The notes beneath the pieces are model-generated. The model was not told the DNA's origin. It did no database searches and worked only from the letters and a program-made list of their open reading frames with translations. From Candidatus Stahliibacteriota bacterium (lineage in GTDB: Bacteria; Hydrothermota; Tepidihabitantia; B3-TA06): a DNA stretch of 32,334 nucleotides. A program made the translations under genes and the position numbers. Shown piece after piece: positions 24,008-31,700 of the stretch. Within the stretch, counting starts at the first letter, position 1. Each line of letters starts with the position of its first letter. The stretch covers positions 1 to 32,334 of the forward strand of contig JAUVJT010000002.1 of NCBI GenBank assembly GCA_030592225.1. Direction: 5' to 3'.

Positions 24008-24136
24008 ATAAACCACAGATGGAAACTCCTGGGAATCGTTTTCTCTTTAGGAGTGCGCAGATTACGCCGATTTTTTTGAACCGTGTTGTCGCGGCAAACG
24101 ACTAGCTTCCAGAGGAAACTTAAGTCCTTGCACTCC
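24008..24136. repeat. Composite repeat module in inverted orientation, with insertions
   Basis: The reverse complement reads GTCGTTTGCCGCGACAACACGGTTCAAAAAAATCGGCGTAATCTGCGCACTCC...GGAGTTTCCATCTGTGGTTTAT. Bounded by GGAGTGC (24050-24056) and GCACTCC (24130-24136). Confidence 0.55.
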
Positions 24137-24314
24137 ATATTCGTATGTCATTGCGAGTACTGCAGACCGAAGGAATTCAGGACAAAGCAATCTGATAGAT
24201 AGGGGTGGAACGCGGGTTCTCCAACCCGCGGAATAATGAGAAAGGCGGGCTGGGGCGACCGACGCAGATGGCGGGTAAGTTTGTATGGGTGAAGTAACAA
24301 TCTACCTTGAATAC

Positions 24315-24447
24315 CCCCCCTCCCTTGTGGAGGGGGGTAAAGGGGGAGGGAAGAATTTACATACATTCTGTTTTCACAACCTCTTTTTCTTTTACCCCTT
24401 CCCCCGGTGTCTCTTCGAGCCACCGACCCCTCCCACCAGGGGAGGGG
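24315..24447. repeat. Pair of C/G-tract hairpins in a long non-coding spacer
   Basis: CCCCCCTCC (24315-24323) pairs with GGAGGGGGG (24329-24337). CCCCTCCC (24427-24434) pairs with GGGAGGGG (24440-24447). Confidence 0.55.
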
Positions 24448-24643
24448 AAATTTCATTGATAGCGTCTTCTTTTATTTCCCTCTATAACTTATGAGCACAT
24501 AAAGCACTCAGGTATCCGAACCCCATAATCTGCCCGCTATTCGCTAAAGACATCTAAAACGGCAATTCGCTAAACTCTATGAGAAATGTAGCCTTTTGCG
24601 GAGTGTTGATTTTGCTTGCTCCGTGAAATAAGCTGCCAGCCTC

Positions 24644-24672
24644 TTGACAACATCGAGGATTTGACCTATACT
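24644..24672 (+). promoter_or_regulatory. Promoter of M23 paralogue 3 (TTGACA-17-TATACT), 6 nt from ATG 24679, so predicted leaderless
   Basis: Same hexamers and spacer as the other two paralogues. Confidence 0.6.
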
Positions 24673-24678
24673 TCTGTG

Positions 24679-25632
24679 ATGTTCAAGCGTGTCATGTTCT
24701 GGCTCTCCAAGCGTGTTACTTTTCTCGTCGATACAGGATCCCGCGGCAAGGTAACAAGGCTTGCAACACCCAAGTGGGGATTACTGGTGATTGCGGTGGT
24801 TTTTGCCGCCTTTCTGGGTTTCGCCGGCTTTTCCATTACCTCGCGGGCGACAGAACAGGTAGACTACGAGAAACTATCCCATCTTGAAGAAAGCAACAAG
24901 CTTTTAGGAAAACAGTACGACCAGCTAGAGGTACAAATCGACTCCCTCAATATGATGCTGGGATTACTCGGTCGCCACGATCTGCAGCTTCGCGTACGGG
25001 CCAACATGGAAGTCCTGCCCTCCGATGTTCGCAAGCTTGGTATCGGCGGCAAAGAACAAACTGACAATGAGTTGCTGGCTTTGAGAAAAACCAAAAGCAA
25101 ACAGTACCAGAACGTGGCAGAAATTTCAGGTACGGTGAACGAACTCCTGCGCAAGGCCCGCTACCAGAAGGAGAGCTTTACTGAAATCAAAGATAAGCTT
25201 ACCGAAAACAAACATCTGCGTGATCACACTCCGTCCATCCGACCGTGCAACGGATGGCAGTGCTCGGGATTCGGATACCGCATAGATCCGTTCACCAAGC
25301 GCCCGCGGATGCATAACGGGCTTGATATCTCCAACGTTCCGGGCACACCCATCGTGGCTTCAGCCGACGGCGTTGTTTCCTACACCGGCGCGCGCTCCGG
25401 TTACGGCCTGTGCGTAAAGCTGGATCACGGAAACGAGATTGAGACATTCTACGCTCACCTGTCCGGCATCTACGTGAAACCCGGCGAACGAGTGGAACGC
25501 GGACAGGTAATAGCCATCATGGGCGCATCAGGACGCAGCACCGGCACCCACCTGCATTACGAGGTAAGGGTCGGGGGCAAGGCGGTCAACCCGCTCAACT
25601 ACATAATAGACGAAACCGAATTCAGCTTCTAG
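24679..25632 (+). CDS. Membrane-anchored M23 metallopeptidase, paralogue 3
   Basis: ATG 24679 (MFKRVMFWLSKRVTFLVD) aligns with the N-termini of paralogues 1 and 2. The TTG 24616 version would start upstream of the promoter. HNGLD and HLHYEV. Confidence 0.8.
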   Translation: MFKRVMFWLSKRVTFLVDTGSRGKVTRLATPKWGLLVIAVVFAAFLGFAGFSITSRATEQVDYEKLSHLEESNKLLGKQYDQLEVQIDSLNMMLGLLGRHDLQLRVRANMEVLPSDVRKLGIGGKEQTDNELLALRKTKSKQYQNVAEISGTVNELLRKARYQKESFTEIKDKLTENKHLRDHTPSIRPCNGWQCSGFGYRIDPFTKRPRMHNGLDISNVPGTPIVASADGVVSYTGARSGYGLCVKLDHGNEIETFYAHLSGIYVKPGERVERGQVIAIMGASGRSTGTHLHYEVRVGGKAVNPLNYIIDETEFSF

Positions 25633-25701
25633 CCGGTGCCCCGCGTAAAATCATATCCCCCATCTGAACCCGGAAAACAATCAAGAAAAAAAGATACAGT
25701 G

Positions 25702-26217
25702 ATGAAAGAGCACACCGACAGCAAAAGGCAAAAATGGGTGTGGGCGTCGTGGCATCAGTGGGTAAGGGCGCTTGCGGCAACCGCCGCCGTAATAGCCGCA
25801 GACCAGATTTCCAAAGCTCTCGTCGTGGCCAATCCGAAGCTGCATGAGTGGGTGACGCTCATCGATCCCTTCCTGAAAGTAACTTATCTTCAAAACGAGC
25901 AGGGCATATTCAGCATATCGTACGGCCCCGGGTTTTTGTATATAATCCTATCCTCCATTGCAATGGGTTTCGTGATATTTTTGCTCCTGCGGCCTCAATC
26001 CAGGTTCGTCTCCGTGCTTCTGGGACTTATCCTGGGCGGCGGCTTCAGCAACAACCTTATTGACCGCATTCGCCTGGGATACGTGATTGACTGGATTGAT
26101 ATGGGGCTTCGCAATTGGCGTTTCTGGGGGGTTTATAATATTGCAGATGCCTCGGTTGTAATTTCGGTTATACTGCTTTTGGCCTGCGAACTCTTTAGCG
26201 CAAAAAAAAGGAAATGA
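25702..26217 (+). CDS. lspA: Lipoprotein signal peptidase (signal peptidase II), copy 1
   Basis: ATG 25702 is chosen by alignment to copy 2. Motifs DQISK, NEQGIFS, GGGFSNNLIDR...VIDWI and YNIADAS. The start is uncertain (GTG 25636 and 25699 are possible). Confidence 0.8.
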   Translation: MKEHTDSKRQKWVWASWHQWVRALAATAAVIAADQISKALVVANPKLHEWVTLIDPFLKVTYLQNEQGIFSISYGPGFLYIILSSIAMGFVIFLLLRPQSRFVSVLLGLILGGGFSNNLIDRIRLGYVIDWIDMGLRNWRFWGVYNIADASVVISVILLLACELFSAKKRK

Positions 26218-26777
26218 AAATGAACGAACAGAAAAAGCTTAATAAAAAACCCGCGGAAAAGAACAAATGGGTGTGGGCGTCATGGCATCAGTGGATAAGG
26301 GCGCTTACGGCAACTGCCGCCGTAATAGCCGCTGACCAGATATCAAAGGCCATTGTCGTTGCGAACCTTGACCTTAACCGGTGGGTGACGTGGATTGATC
26401 CCTTATTGAAGATAACTCACGCACACAACCACCAGGGGATGTTCAGCCTCTCGTTCGGCCCGCAATTCTCCTACATCATCCTGCCGATGATTGCGGTTGC
26501 CTTCGTCATCTACCTTCTCCTGCAGTCCCAAAGCAAGTTTGTTGCCGTGCTTCTGGGCTTAATCCTGGGCGGGGGACTGGGCAATCTTATAGACCGGATA
26601 AGATTGGGCTACGTGGTGGACTGGATAAGCATGGGCCTGCGCACCTGGCGCTGGGCCACCTACAACATCGCGGACAGCGCCATCGTGGTTTCGGTGATTC
26701 TTTTGTTAATCTGGGAGTTCTTCTTCTCCAAACCCAAGGACAAGTCTGAGGAACCCGCAGAGAACGAAAAATCCTGA
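26214..26777 (+). CDS. lspA: Lipoprotein signal peptidase (signal peptidase II), copy 2
   Basis: ATG overlaps the copy-1 stop (ATGA). Motifs DQISK, NHQGMFS, GGGLGNLIDR...VVDWI and YNIADSA. Confidence 0.9.
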   Translation: MKMNEQKKLNKKPAEKNKWVWASWHQWIRALTATAAVIAADQISKAIVVANLDLNRWVTWIDPLLKITHAHNHQGMFSLSFGPQFSYIILPMIAVAFVIYLLLQSQSKFVAVLLGLILGGGLGNLIDRIRLGYVVDWISMGLRTWRWATYNIADSAIVVSVILLLIWEFFFSKPKDKSEEPAENEKS

Positions 26778-26780
26778 GGT

Positions 26781-28178
26781 TTACCGTATCAGTACGACTT
26801 TACCCGTAGGAGTTGACGTACCCGACTCAACCCTGACGAAGTAAACGCCGCAAGACAACGGATAACCTTCCTCGTCCGTGCCGTCCCACCGGATAACTTG
26901 ACTGCTTCTAATCGTTAGATGCCGCACCACGCGCCCGCCTGCATCGTAGATCAATAGCTCACCCCTGATATCAGGTGACGAGACGCGGAACGTAAACGAC
27001 CCCCCCACGCTTGGTTTAACGGAAAGAGTTGGATGTCGGATTACAGGATAAGAGGTCTCTTCTGTACTTGAACTAGTAGTGTAGGATGCCCAGATGCCAG
27101 CCGAGTCGTCACGGGTTGAACCCCACACGCACCACACACGGCCTGCACCGTCCACCGCTATGTCTGGGAAACGGTCAACCGCAGGATGTTCATTAACCGG
27201 TGCAGGCTCGCTCCAACCTGAACCGGAGTTCACCGAGTAGTAGATGTCGCCGTAAGCATCATTCTCTTCCAATGCCTGCCGCCACACAACCCAGGCGTTG
27301 CCGTAGGAATCTACCGTTATATCCGCCTCCGGCCAGGCAGTATCGTTGAGATTTCCCGCTTCCGCTATCGTATCAGGCTCAGACCACGCCTCGCCGTCAC
27401 AATGACTAGCCCTTACCTGAAACGAATCATTTGCTGACCTGAAACTCCATATAGCCCACATACCACCCTTACGATCAGGACTAAGTGTAAATAAACCCAG
27501 GCCATATGGTTCCTCTTCATTAGCCTCAATGGTCGTTACATCACTCCAACTATTCCCGTCACAATATCTCGCCTCAAGATATTCCCCTGGAGAATGTTTC
27601 AGCCAGCCGAACCAAACACGGCCTAAGGCGTCGGTGGTTATAGAACAAAATTCATGTTCCATGGTTTCCAACGTATCCGTCGCCGTTTGTGGGTCTCCCC
27701 ACTCGCCGTCCTGGTAACGGTTGTACGCCGCCTGACGGTTCCAAAACCGCATGGTTATCCATCCCACCCATACGCCACCACTGCTGTCAGCCGCTACCCT
27801 TGAGTTAAAGTTCTCAAATGGGTAGACGGGCACCGTATCTACCTCGCTCCAAACCTCCCCGTCGTAGCGAGTATAGTATATCTCCCCATAACCTGTATTG
27901 TCTCTAACCAACCATAAGGTGTCGCCTTTATCAAAACATGCCGATATCAGTCCACCCAAGTAGCATTCCGTTACTTTTTGCCACCCGGCTTGTTCATCAG
28001 GGAAGTACAGCACCCAAGGCAATATAATATTCCAGGCTATACCGTCATTAGCAACTATGGGAGTAGGTAATCCATTGTAGGTGTTATAGGGAACGAGCCG
28101 TTCCGGCTCCGACCACGCTACCCCGAGCATTACGCCCTGTAGAGCAAGAAATACCGGTAATATACCTTTCAACTTCAT
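26781..28178 (-). CDS. Secreted beta-propeller-like repeat protein with T9SS-type C-terminal sorting domain
   Basis: Signal peptide. At least 5 repeats of the DG..WS.(P/V)..(I/V) type (GEVWSEVDTV, DGEWGDPQTA, GNSWSDVTTI, GEAWSEPDTI, GSGWSEPAPV). C-terminus ends GVYFVRVESGTSTPTGKVVLIR. Confidence 0.8.
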   Translation of the reverse strand: MKLKGILPVFLALQGVMLGVAWSEPERLVPYNTYNGLPTPIVANDGIAWNIILPWVLYFPDEQAGWQKVTECYLGGLISACFDKGDTLWLVRDNTGYGEIYYTRYDGEVWSEVDTVPVYPFENFNSRVAADSSGGVWVGWITMRFWNRQAAYNRYQDGEWGDPQTATDTLETMEHEFCSITTDALGRVWFGWLKHSPGEYLEARYCDGNSWSDVTTIEANEEEPYGLGLFTLSPDRKGGMWAIWSFRSANDSFQVRASHCDGEAWSEPDTIAEAGNLNDTAWPEADITVDSYGNAWVVWRQALEENDAYGDIYYSVNSGSGWSEPAPVNEHPAVDRFPDIAVDGAGRVWCVWGSTRDDSAGIWASYTTSSSTEETSYPVIRHPTLSVKPSVGGSFTFRVSSPDIRGELLIYDAGGRVVRHLTIRSSQVIRWDGTDEEGYPLSCGVYFVRVESGTSTPTGKVVLIR

Positions 28179-28211
28179 TACAGCCTCCCTGGGTTGAAAC
28201 CCAGCAGTATT

Positions 28212-30785
28212 CTACTTGACCACAACCACCTTGCCGGTGTAGGTATCAGCCGGTGATTTGACGGTTATGAAATACACTCCGGCGGAAAGGTTTGCGGGCA
28301 GGGACGGCAGACAGTGAACGCCTGCCTCGTAAGTATGGGAAAGGCTGGTTATTGTGCGCCCGGCAACGTCGCTGATTGTTACTTCGATCCGGCTGGCCTG
28401 AGAAAGTCTAATGCTGCCCAGGACAGCGCCGAGACGGAAAACGCTCGTTAGATTAACCTGGAGGGGCTTGACGACTATCGAGGTTTCCTCGACTCCCACA
28501 TAGTCGGTCTCAAAAGCAAGCAGCCCGTCAAATCCGCTGCCCACGTAAATCCACTTTCCGAAACCGACACCTTCGATTGAGCCGTTTGGAGCCTGATAAA
28601 TACCAAGCAATTCGGCTGAGGTGGAGCCGGTTATCTCATAGATTGCAAGTCCTGAACCCTTGCCCGCCACAAAAATCCTGTCTGCAGCCACCGCTACGTC
28701 ATAGGCCGCGCCCGGATCAAAAGTCTGAGCCGCGCCGGTGTTAAGATCAACCAGTTCAATCCCTTTGGCCTTCTCGGCAATAATTAGGGTGGAGCCGTAC
28801 TTGGCAACCCCGACCGGATTACCGTCGGTATCTATGGTGCGTTCCAACTGGGGGGAAAGGGGATCGCTCAGGTCGTATATCTTGAGCCCCTCGCGATGCG
28901 CGGATACGTAAAGCTTGCCGCCAATTACGTCAAGACCGGTAACAACGGTTTCAGGCAAATTGAACTCATCTATCAACTGCTGGTTGTCCCTGCGCACCCC
29001 CTTGAGCTGCATATTGATACCGCCAAAATACAGGTATCCGTTAGTGGCCGCGACGTGCTCGTAGGACTGACTCAGGCTCCAGGTCTTGATAAACTGGGGG
29101 GACGATGCGGTGGAAATGTCGTACATGGAAAGCTGCTTATCTCCCAGTATGTAGAGCCAGTCATCGTCAATCGCGACGTCCTCGCAGGAGTGGGGAGCGA
29201 GGTGCTGAAGAGGTACAATATAATCGTCAAACAATTCAACGAGCATCACCCCTTTGCTGCCCTCACGAACGTAGGCGAAATCGCCGCGAACAAAACACTC
29301 ACCCAGAGGATAACCCTGAGCAGGCACATGGCCATGAGCGATAAAGTGGGGATTGGTTGACCAACCGCGCGGCACCAATAAGCTGGGGGTTCCGTCCGCC
29401 GCCTCAAGTGCGGCGCCCGAATAACCTTCTATATTAATACGGGAGTTGGTAAAGGCATCGGTCAACTCGAAAACGATGTGATCGCCATCGGTACTGCCCA
29501 GCAATTCCCAGTAACTCTTTTTGTCGTCCTCGGCCCGGTATGCCTTTACGGAAGTAATATTCCCTTCCTTGCTCCACGTCACCGGGTATTTCATCCCGAT
29601 ATAAATAGCGCTCTGTGTGCTGAAACTAGCCAGACGTAGGTCCTCGGCTTGCTCCCCACCGGGAATAAGCGGATACACCATTGTGAAACAGCCCGGGGTT
29701 TGATATACCCAGTGATGTTCCGCCCTATCCCAGGTATTGTGGATTATGACAAAAGAATCGTTTGCAGACGTAATCTCGTAGCCAATGGCACAAATAGAAT
29801 GATATATCCCCCGACCATTGTAATCGTAGTTGCCCACTGCCCAGTGAATTGGGCGTCCTTCATCGATTTCGTCGATGATTTTTCCGTAATTTGATGCCGG
29901 GTTGCCCGACACGGTGCTGCCGGTGAATGAATATCCATGCAGAGAGTTGGTGACGTATATGTGTCCACCGGTCATGCTGTTCCATCCGGTTCCGCCCTGC
30001 ATGGAGTCGGTGCCCATCCCGATGGACAGTTCGCGGTGAACGTTGGTCAGGTCGCGATCTTCTTCCTCTTGCACGTCGTCCCAGCGATCGAAGTAGAAAT
30101 CCACCAGGCGCGGGTAACCGCGGCGATCCCAGTAATCCAGAATCATGGACGAGGCGGTGGGTGAGCAGCCATAGCTCCACAGGGCGTAGGGTACGTTTTC
30201 TACCTTGTTGTAATCTGCGAGCTCGACTCCGTCTCTGACGATCCTCTGCCACCCGGGATGATCGGTATGTGACAGGAAATCATTATCAGGACAGGCAGGC
30301 ATTTGGGAAGGTTCGTACTCCCTTAATTCAAAGGCGTGAAGATAATGGATGCCATCGTCTGATGTGAATTCAAAATACTCATTCAAGGGAGAGTGGTAGA
30401 TGTAGCCGGTAAGAACGGCATCCGGCCAGAGTAATAGAGCCTCCACGATTGCGGCTTCCCGATTGACCTGAGAAACGGGCAGACAGTTTGCAAACTCGAA
30501 TACCGGCTGCTGAGAGTAGCGCGCCCCCACAATCACGGTGGCGTAGCGGTCTATCCCCCATTCAATATCGTGCTCCCCGTATTCCCTGAAATACTCAAGC
30601 GCGGTTTCCGGAAGTTCGTAGATAAAGGCACGGACGTTTGGTTCGCCCGAAATACCTGAAAACGTCTCAACTTGAACTAATCGGGCGTCTGCCCAGTGAA
30701 TATCTGCAACCGCGTCGGCCACGGCTCCACACTCGGCAAGCGGTGCAAATCCCGCTCCAAAAGCCAAAACTGCCAAAATAATCAC
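28212..30785 (-). CDS. Secreted multidomain protein: papain-fold (C39/C10-like) cysteine peptidase-like domain, LVIVD-type repeats, T9SS-type C-terminal sorting domain
   Basis: GTG start after TAAGGAGG. WSYGCSPTASSMILDYW (Cys motif) with later HSICAIGYE (His). Repeats such as LKIYDLSDPLSPQ, LSMYDISTASSPQ and LAIYEITG. C-terminus ends AGVYFITVKSPADTYTGKVVVVK. Confidence 0.75.
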   Translation of the reverse strand: MIILAVLAFGAGFAPLAECGAVADAVADIHWADARLVQVETFSGISGEPNVRAFIYELPETALEYFREYGEHDIEWGIDRYATVIVGARYSQQPVFEFANCLPVSQVNREAAIVEALLLWPDAVLTGYIYHSPLNEYFEFTSDDGIHYLHAFELREYEPSQMPACPDNDFLSHTDHPGWQRIVRDGVELADYNKVENVPYALWSYGCSPTASSMILDYWDRRGYPRLVDFYFDRWDDVQEEEDRDLTNVHRELSIGMGTDSMQGGTGWNSMTGGHIYVTNSLHGYSFTGSTVSGNPASNYGKIIDEIDEGRPIHWAVGNYDYNGRGIYHSICAIGYEITSANDSFVIIHNTWDRAEHHWVYQTPGCFTMVYPLIPGGEQAEDLRLASFSTQSAIYIGMKYPVTWSKEGNITSVKAYRAEDDKKSYWELLGSTDGDHIVFELTDAFTNSRINIEGYSGAALEAADGTPSLLVPRGWSTNPHFIAHGHVPAQGYPLGECFVRGDFAYVREGSKGVMLVELFDDYIVPLQHLAPHSCEDVAIDDDWLYILGDKQLSMYDISTASSPQFIKTWSLSQSYEHVAATNGYLYFGGINMQLKGVRRDNQQLIDEFNLPETVVTGLDVIGGKLYVSAHREGLKIYDLSDPLSPQLERTIDTDGNPVGVAKYGSTLIIAEKAKGIELVDLNTGAAQTFDPGAAYDVAVAADRIFVAGKGSGLAIYEITGSTSAELLGIYQAPNGSIEGVGFGKWIYVGSGFDGLLAFETDYVGVEETSIVVKPLQVNLTSVFRLGAVLGSIRLSQASRIEVTISDVAGRTITSLSHTYEAGVHCLPSLPANLSAGVYFITVKSPADTYTGKVVVVK

Positions 30786-30838
30786 AAGACCTCCTTAAGG
30801 TCATAATCCTTGACTACTGCAATATTCTATCAATACTC

Positions 30839-30866
30839 AGTATAGTGAGGGTAAGGAAGCTGTCAA
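30839..30866 (-). promoter_or_regulatory. Promoter of the 857-aa T9SS cargo gene (TTGACA-16-TATACT)
   Basis: Hexamers on the minus strand. A ~45-nt leader with TAAGGAGG. Confidence 0.55.
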
Positions 30867-30988
30867 TATCCGGAGATAAACCAGTGTGATTCCCAGATCA
30901 TCCACGATACGCCATAACGCCGGAATCAACTCCGCGCAAATACGATATTATCCCCTCAAGATCACAGGAAAGCATCTAACGGCGTAGA

Positions 30989-31618
30989 TTACTCTTCGAA
31001 CAGCTCCTGTACGTCCGGGTTCTCCCGTTCGGCTTCGGTGGCCTCGAAGAAATCGCGCGGCTCGAACCCGAACCATGCGGCGAAAATCTTTGCAGGGAAC
31101 CGTTTAATTGCGGTGTTGTAATCCTTAACTATCTTGTTGTAGTCCAACCGGGCCTTGTTGATGCGGTTCTCTGTCCCTTCAAGCTGGGCCTGAAGCTGAA
31201 GGAAGTTCTCGTTGGACTTGAGTTCGGGATATGCCTCCACCACCACCATGAGCCTGGCCAGGGCATTGCTTAAATCACTGCTGGCTGCGGCGACGTCGGC
31301 AACGCCTTCGGCGTTATCCAGCCTGGCCCGGGCCCGGGTTACCCCGATGAGAACCTCTTTCTCTTGTTTGGCAAAGGCCTTTACCGTGGCCACCAGATTG
31401 GGAATAAGGTCGCTGCGGCGTTTGAGCTGACTTTCGATATTGGCCCAGGCTTCATCGACCTTCTCGTTTAAGGTAACCATGCGGTTGTAGGTACTGCACG
31501 CTCCCGCACTCAGGAAAAGGATAACCAGGAACAAAAGGCCAAGCACCACCCAAATCACAGGGCTGCGGCGCCTGCCGCTTACCGGGACTCCCACTTCGGG
31601 ATTAACTGCTACGTTCAT
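30989..31618 (-). CDS. lemA: LemA family membrane protein (second copy)
   Basis: TM helix, then YNRMV...V.EAW..I..QL.RR.DLIPNLV..VK..A..E, then EAYPELKSNENF..LQ, then FP..IFA..FGF. AGAGGAG RBS. Confidence 0.9.
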   Translation of the reverse strand: MNVAVNPEVGVPVSGRRRSPVIWVVLGLLFLVILFLSAGACSTYNRMVTLNEKVDEAWANIESQLKRRSDLIPNLVATVKAFAKQEKEVLIGVTRARARLDNAEGVADVAAASSDLSNALARLMVVVEAYPELKSNENFLQLQAQLEGTENRINKARLDYNKIVKDYNTAIKRFPAKIFAAWFGFEPRDFFEATEAERENPDVQELFEE

Positions 31619-31700
31619 CTTTCTACTCCTCTATGGTTTGTTCGTTATTATAATCATTTTACTTACCTGCGCCAGTCTTTATTCAAAAAATGGCTGCGAC

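Noticed and set aside
24205-24235. tRNA or tmRNA T-arm-like hairpin (GGAACGCGGGTTCTCCAACCCGCGG)
   Set aside because: It forms an 8-bp stem with a 4-nt loop, not a 5-bp stem with a 7-nt T-loop. No acceptor, D or anticodon arms could be built around it.
24148-24456. 102-aa ORF (minus strand) in the M23-2/M23-3 spacer
   Set aside because: Its translation (PLPWWEG..., PPPQGRGG..., SDCFVLNS...) is just the read-through of the C/G-tract hairpins and the TCATTGCGAG-type repeat. No RBS.
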